Source: Candidatus Kapaibacterium sp.
GTDB lineage: Bacteria; Bacteroidota; Ignavibacteria; Kapaibacteriales; UBA2268
Length of the DNA: 64,000 bases
Reading direction: 5' to 3'
Assembly: GCA_963665665.1 (NCBI GenBank)
Contig: OY762428.1
Coordinates: forward strand, 1-64,000
In this document: positions 60,739-64,000 of the stretch, in pieces
Layout: every line of letters starts with the position of its first letter
Numbering within the stretch: the stretch's first letter is position 1
Translations under genes and position numbers: made by a program
Notes under the pieces: generated by a model
Database searches by the model: none
What the model was told of the DNA's origin: nothing
Seen by the model: the letters and a program-made list of their open reading frames with translations, nothing else

Positions 60739-62805
60739 CTAAGCATACCCTTTCAGGATATTTATTTTCTCTTTCTCCCCGGCAACAATTAGTAAATCAT
60801 TTTCGGTAAAAGTATAATTTGCCTGAGGTATGGCTTTTATTTCTTCACCAGAGTTTGATTTTTTCTTAATTGTCAAAACGTCCACGCCAAATTTTGACCT
60901 TATACCTAACTCCCTGATAGAACGGCCAATAAAGGAGTTTGGAACAGGGATTTCAGTTATTACGTAACCTTCTAAGAAAGTAATATCCTTAGATGAATTA
61001 TTCAGTGTGATTTTATCTGCAAGGTCCGATGTTAATTCAATACGATCAATTTCTTTGTGATAAGTATCATCAATATCCTTACGCCAGATAAGTCCTATCT
61101 GCTTGTTATTATCATCAGTATCAACAACCGGAAGGACGTCGGAATCAATCCGGTTCATAATCTCAAGAACCTGGCGGCAATTCATATCCGGAGTTGTTCT
61201 TTCAATTTTTGGATTTACGATATCGCCTGCAATTATTAAAAATTGAAGGGCATCCTTATCAAAAAGTAACTCTTTAATATCATTAATAGAAATTATACCC
61301 ATGAAGCTTCCAGTTCTGCTTTTTACGGATATATACGGCAGTCGGCGGGATACAATCAACGAGACCACTTCTGTGAAGTTAGTATCTTCACAAATCGGTG
61401 AAAACTCTTTGGACATCACATCCTTAACTGACAGGGATTTCATGATATTGACTTCGGCTCTTTCGCGGATATTGATCTTTCTGTTAACCAGTTTAAGAGT
61501 ATATATTGATTCTCGAGACAATTTGGCGGATAGTATCATACTGAGAGTACAAACTATCATAAGAGGCAGGATAATCGAATAGTCCTTGGTCATTTCGAAC
61601 ACAATTATTATGGCTGTGATAGGTGCACGGGTTGTACCCGCAACAAGCCCACCCATTGCAACAATAGCATAAGCTCCATAATCAGCAGTTATATTCGGGA
61701 ATGCCTGGTGTACAAAATATCCGAAAAAAGCTCCGAGCATGGCACCCATGAATAACGATGGAGCAAAGATACCGCCGGATCCGCCGGATCCGAGGGTAAG
61801 AGAGGTTGCCAGTATCTTGACAAATATTAGTACCAGGGCTAATGACCAGATTACATTCGAATTCAGAGCCATAGTTATCGAATCGTACCCTACGCCCATA
61901 ATCTGAGGATATAATAATGCAATACCACCGACCATCAGGCCACCGACAGTTGCTTTCAGATACTCAGGAAATTTGAATTTTTCATCCCACAGATCTTCAA
62001 AAAAGTATAACACTTTTATGAACATCCACGATACCACCCCACTTAGTATTCCAAGGCCGAAATAAAATATTATTTCGTAAGGGCTTTCTAAGTGATAAGC
62101 CGGAACCGGAAAAGCAGGGAAGTTACCTTCGAACTGATGTGAAATTACTGTTGCTATTACGGATGAAATAACGATTGGGGTGAACTGCGCTACTGCAAAA
62201 TCCATGAGAATTATCTCAATGGCGAATAAAGCTCCGGCTACAGGCGCATTAAACGCCGCCGCTATACCAGCTGCTGCACCACATCCAACAAGTGTTTTCA
62301 GCCTTTGTGTTCGTACTTTGAATAGTTGGCCTATTGTAGAACCTATACTTGCACCAATCTGGATTATCGGACCTTCACGTCCAACCGAACCACCGGTACC
62401 AATCGTTATACTTGATGCTAATGCCTTAATAAATGCAACCCTTGGACGAATATGCCCGCTTTTAAGTAATATGGCCTGCATAACTTCCGGAACGCCATGC
62501 CCTTTTGCTTCAGGAGCAAATTTGTAAATTATCGGCCCCACAATCAGTCCACCGATTGTAGGCACCAGGATTTTTACATACCATGGAGCTTCAATTATTC
62601 TGTCGAGAAGAGAGCCATTCCCGGAGAAGCTTAAATCTGAAATTGCAGTGATTAATGCTCTTATTCCTACCGCACCGAAACCTGCGAGTACCCCTGTTAA
62701 AATTGCGAGCACTATCATAAAGATGTGCTCTGTCATTTTGATGTTATCTACCCATTTTTCAAGCTTTTGGGATACCCGCTCGGAAAAACCTGAGACCGAA
62801 TCCAT
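60739..62805 (-). CDS. CLC chloride channel/transporter with CBS pair and TrkA-C (RCK_C) domain
   Basis: GHGVPEV, GREGP, GGIFAP, SIY, CBS repeats, C-terminal IGRSIRELGIR..FGV.VL.I. Confidence 0.9.
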   Translation of the reverse strand: MDSVSGFSERVSQKLEKWVDNIKMTEHIFMIVLAILTGVLAGFGAVGIRALITAISDLSFSGNGSLLDRIIEAPWYVKILVPTIGGLIVGPIIYKFAPEAKGHGVPEVMQAILLKSGHIRPRVAFIKALASSITIGTGGSVGREGPIIQIGASIGSTIGQLFKVRTQRLKTLVGCGAAAGIAAAFNAPVAGALFAIEIILMDFAVAQFTPIVISSVIATVISHQFEGNFPAFPVPAYHLESPYEIIFYFGLGILSGVVSWMFIKVLYFFEDLWDEKFKFPEYLKATVGGLMVGGIALLYPQIMGVGYDSITMALNSNVIWSLALVLIFVKILATSLTLGSGGSGGIFAPSLFMGAMLGAFFGYFVHQAFPNITADYGAYAIVAMGGLVAGTTRAPITAIIIVFEMTKDYSIILPLMIVCTLSMILSAKLSRESIYTLKLVNRKINIRERAEVNIMKSLSVKDVMSKEFSPICEDTNFTEVVSLIVSRRLPYISVKSRTGSFMGIISINDIKELLFDKDALQFLIIAGDIVNPKIERTTPDMNCRQVLEIMNRIDSDVLPVVDTDDNNKQIGLIWRKDIDDTYHKEIDRIELTSDLADKITLNNSSKDITFLEGYVITEIPVPNSFIGRSIRELGIRSKFGVDVLTIKKKSNSGEEIKAIPQANYTFTENDLLIVAGEKEKINILKGYA

Positions 62806-62899
62806 TTTCCTGGCTGTTAATTAATTCATAATACCAGATTTAGTTAGATGACAAAATTAAGAAAAAATCTCTATCGTTGTTCTGTTTTATGAAATATTT

Positions 62900-63499
62900 T
62901 CAATTTTTTTGTAGAAGCCTGATGTAATGAACAAGAGCCCAACGCTGATTGGGAGTAATTTTGTGAGCAACCGGAAACATTAAATTTTGTCCGCCCGAAA
63001 GCACATGAAATAGCCTTGCATCAGAATAACCCATGGTATTATCCGATTTAAAATCAGGTGGAGCCGGTAAACCTTCTTCCCCATCAGGCAGGACAACCTG
63101 AGTAACAATCGGGCCGTCTCCTTTTCCGGATTCTCCATGGCATGCAATGCAGTATGTTTGATAAAGATGCTTTGCATAATTCTTTATTTCCGGAGTAATT
63201 GGAATTGGATTAATATTATTTCTAATTTCACCTTCCTGAATTTCTGTCTGGTCAAGATCGTAATAATCTGAATACATGGGATATGTGTTTTCAGGCGGTA
63301 CTCTTGAAATGGAACTGTCAGAAAAAAAATTGTATGAAGACTGAATATCAATACAGGAATAATCCATATCTGAGATAATTTCCGGCGCGGGAGTTTTATG
63401 AACAAACTCAAATATTCCATTGTAAAATAATATAGATACTACCAATAAAATGGCAGATAAAATTATCATAGACCTGAATATTATCCTGCCTGGTTTCAT
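62900..63499 (-). CDS. monoheme cytochrome c (ActE-like)
   Basis: CIACH heme motif, G.GDG, RVPPENT, distal Met, RWALVHYIR.LQ. Confidence 0.8.
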   Translation of the reverse strand: MKPGRIIFRSMIILSAILLVVSILFYNGIFEFVHKTPAPEIISDMDYSCIDIQSSYNFFSDSSISRVPPENTYPMYSDYYDLDQTEIQEGEIRNNINPIPITPEIKNYAKHLYQTYCIACHGESGKGDGPIVTQVVLPDGEEGLPAPPDFKSDNTMGYSDARLFHVLSGGQNLMFPVAHKITPNQRWALVHYIRLLQKN

Positions 63500-63945
63500 G
63501 ATTTATTCTCCGTCACTAAATCATTATATTCTTCTTTGAAGCAAATTCCCCACATTTTAGGGATATCTTGCTTATCAATCTCATTCCCAAGCCTTGCATA
63601 ATAAATAAAAGCAATAAATACGCTAATGCCGGTAATTAGAACTGTGAATTCAAATAGAATCGGCATAGCCGCAATAAATGAAAATGCAGGCTTTCCACCG
63701 GTATTTATACTGTAAATATTTGCTGATATTGTATTTATAATAATTATTCCACCAATGAAAGCAATGATAGAACTGATAAGGGCAACAATGGCTATTCTTT
63801 TTGATATAGTTTTCTTTCTGTTTCCATTCTCAACAGGGTAAGGACTGATGATTTCTAAATCTGACAGGCTGAGAGAATTTTTATCATAAAAGTCTTCCAT
63901 TTCTTCTCTGCTGTCAAACCAGATATATTTATTTTCTGTTTTCAT
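63496..63945 (-). CDS. DUF3341 / ActD-like membrane protein
   Basis: SPYPV, IN.GGKP.FS..A.MPILFEFTVL, two TM helices. Confidence 0.75.
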   Translation of the reverse strand: MKTENKYIWFDSREEMEDFYDKNSLSLSDLEIISPYPVENGNRKKTISKRIAIVALISSIIAFIGGIIIINTISANIYSINTGGKPAFSFIAAMPILFEFTVLITGISVFIAFIYYARLGNEIDKQDIPKMWGICFKEEYNDLVTENKS

Positions 63946-64000
63946 ATTCCTCCTTTAGCTCGAATACGGAAACAACAGGGAAAAGTCTGGTAAATATCAG
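63929..64000 (-). CDS. C-terminus of NrfD/ActC-like protein (partial)
   Basis: Minus frame LIFTRLFPVVSVFELKEEYENRK* resembles the ActC end and overlaps the actD-like start. Confidence 0.6.
   Translation of the reverse strand: MIFTRLFPVVSVFELKEEYENRK

Overview
Mostly housekeeping chromosome from an AT-rich FCB-group bacterium. Several T9SS C-terminal sorting domains, PorZ, Bacteroidota-type TAnnTTTG promoter motifs and a dnaN-recF-DUF721-gyrB block suggest a Kapabacteria/Ignavibacteria-like lineage (inference). Core genes: mce, a GlmU-N-only nucleotidyltransferase, panD, folB-folK, mazG, gyrB, recF, dnaN, psd-pssA, purS-purQ, tatA/tatB, gatA, porZ, ribH, a PhoBR-like two-component system, an ECF sigma factor and the end of an alternative complex III operon. 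No rRNA, tRNA or CRISPR array was seen. The most unusual items are: (1) a lipoprotein fusing a catalytically degenerate SAM hydrolase/halogenase (DUF62) module to an ABC substrate-binding domain, with no transporter nearby (10539-12281); (2) a radical SAM/SPASM enzyme preceded by two paralogous lipoproteins carrying XYG motifs, a candidate protein-splicease system (3038-5096); (3) two large T9SS proteins with unrelated N-termini, a shared C-terminal module and a shared 74-bp palindromic upstream element; (4) a sequence-conserved hairpin family placed just after four same-strand genes; (5) an IS4 element inserted in a REP-like palindrome, whose canonical C-terminus lies in the +1 frame behind a TTTCCCCCC run; (6) a doubly frameshifted higB toxin gene next to an intact HigA-metallopeptidase gene. 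All family calls come from motif recognition by eye, without database searches.
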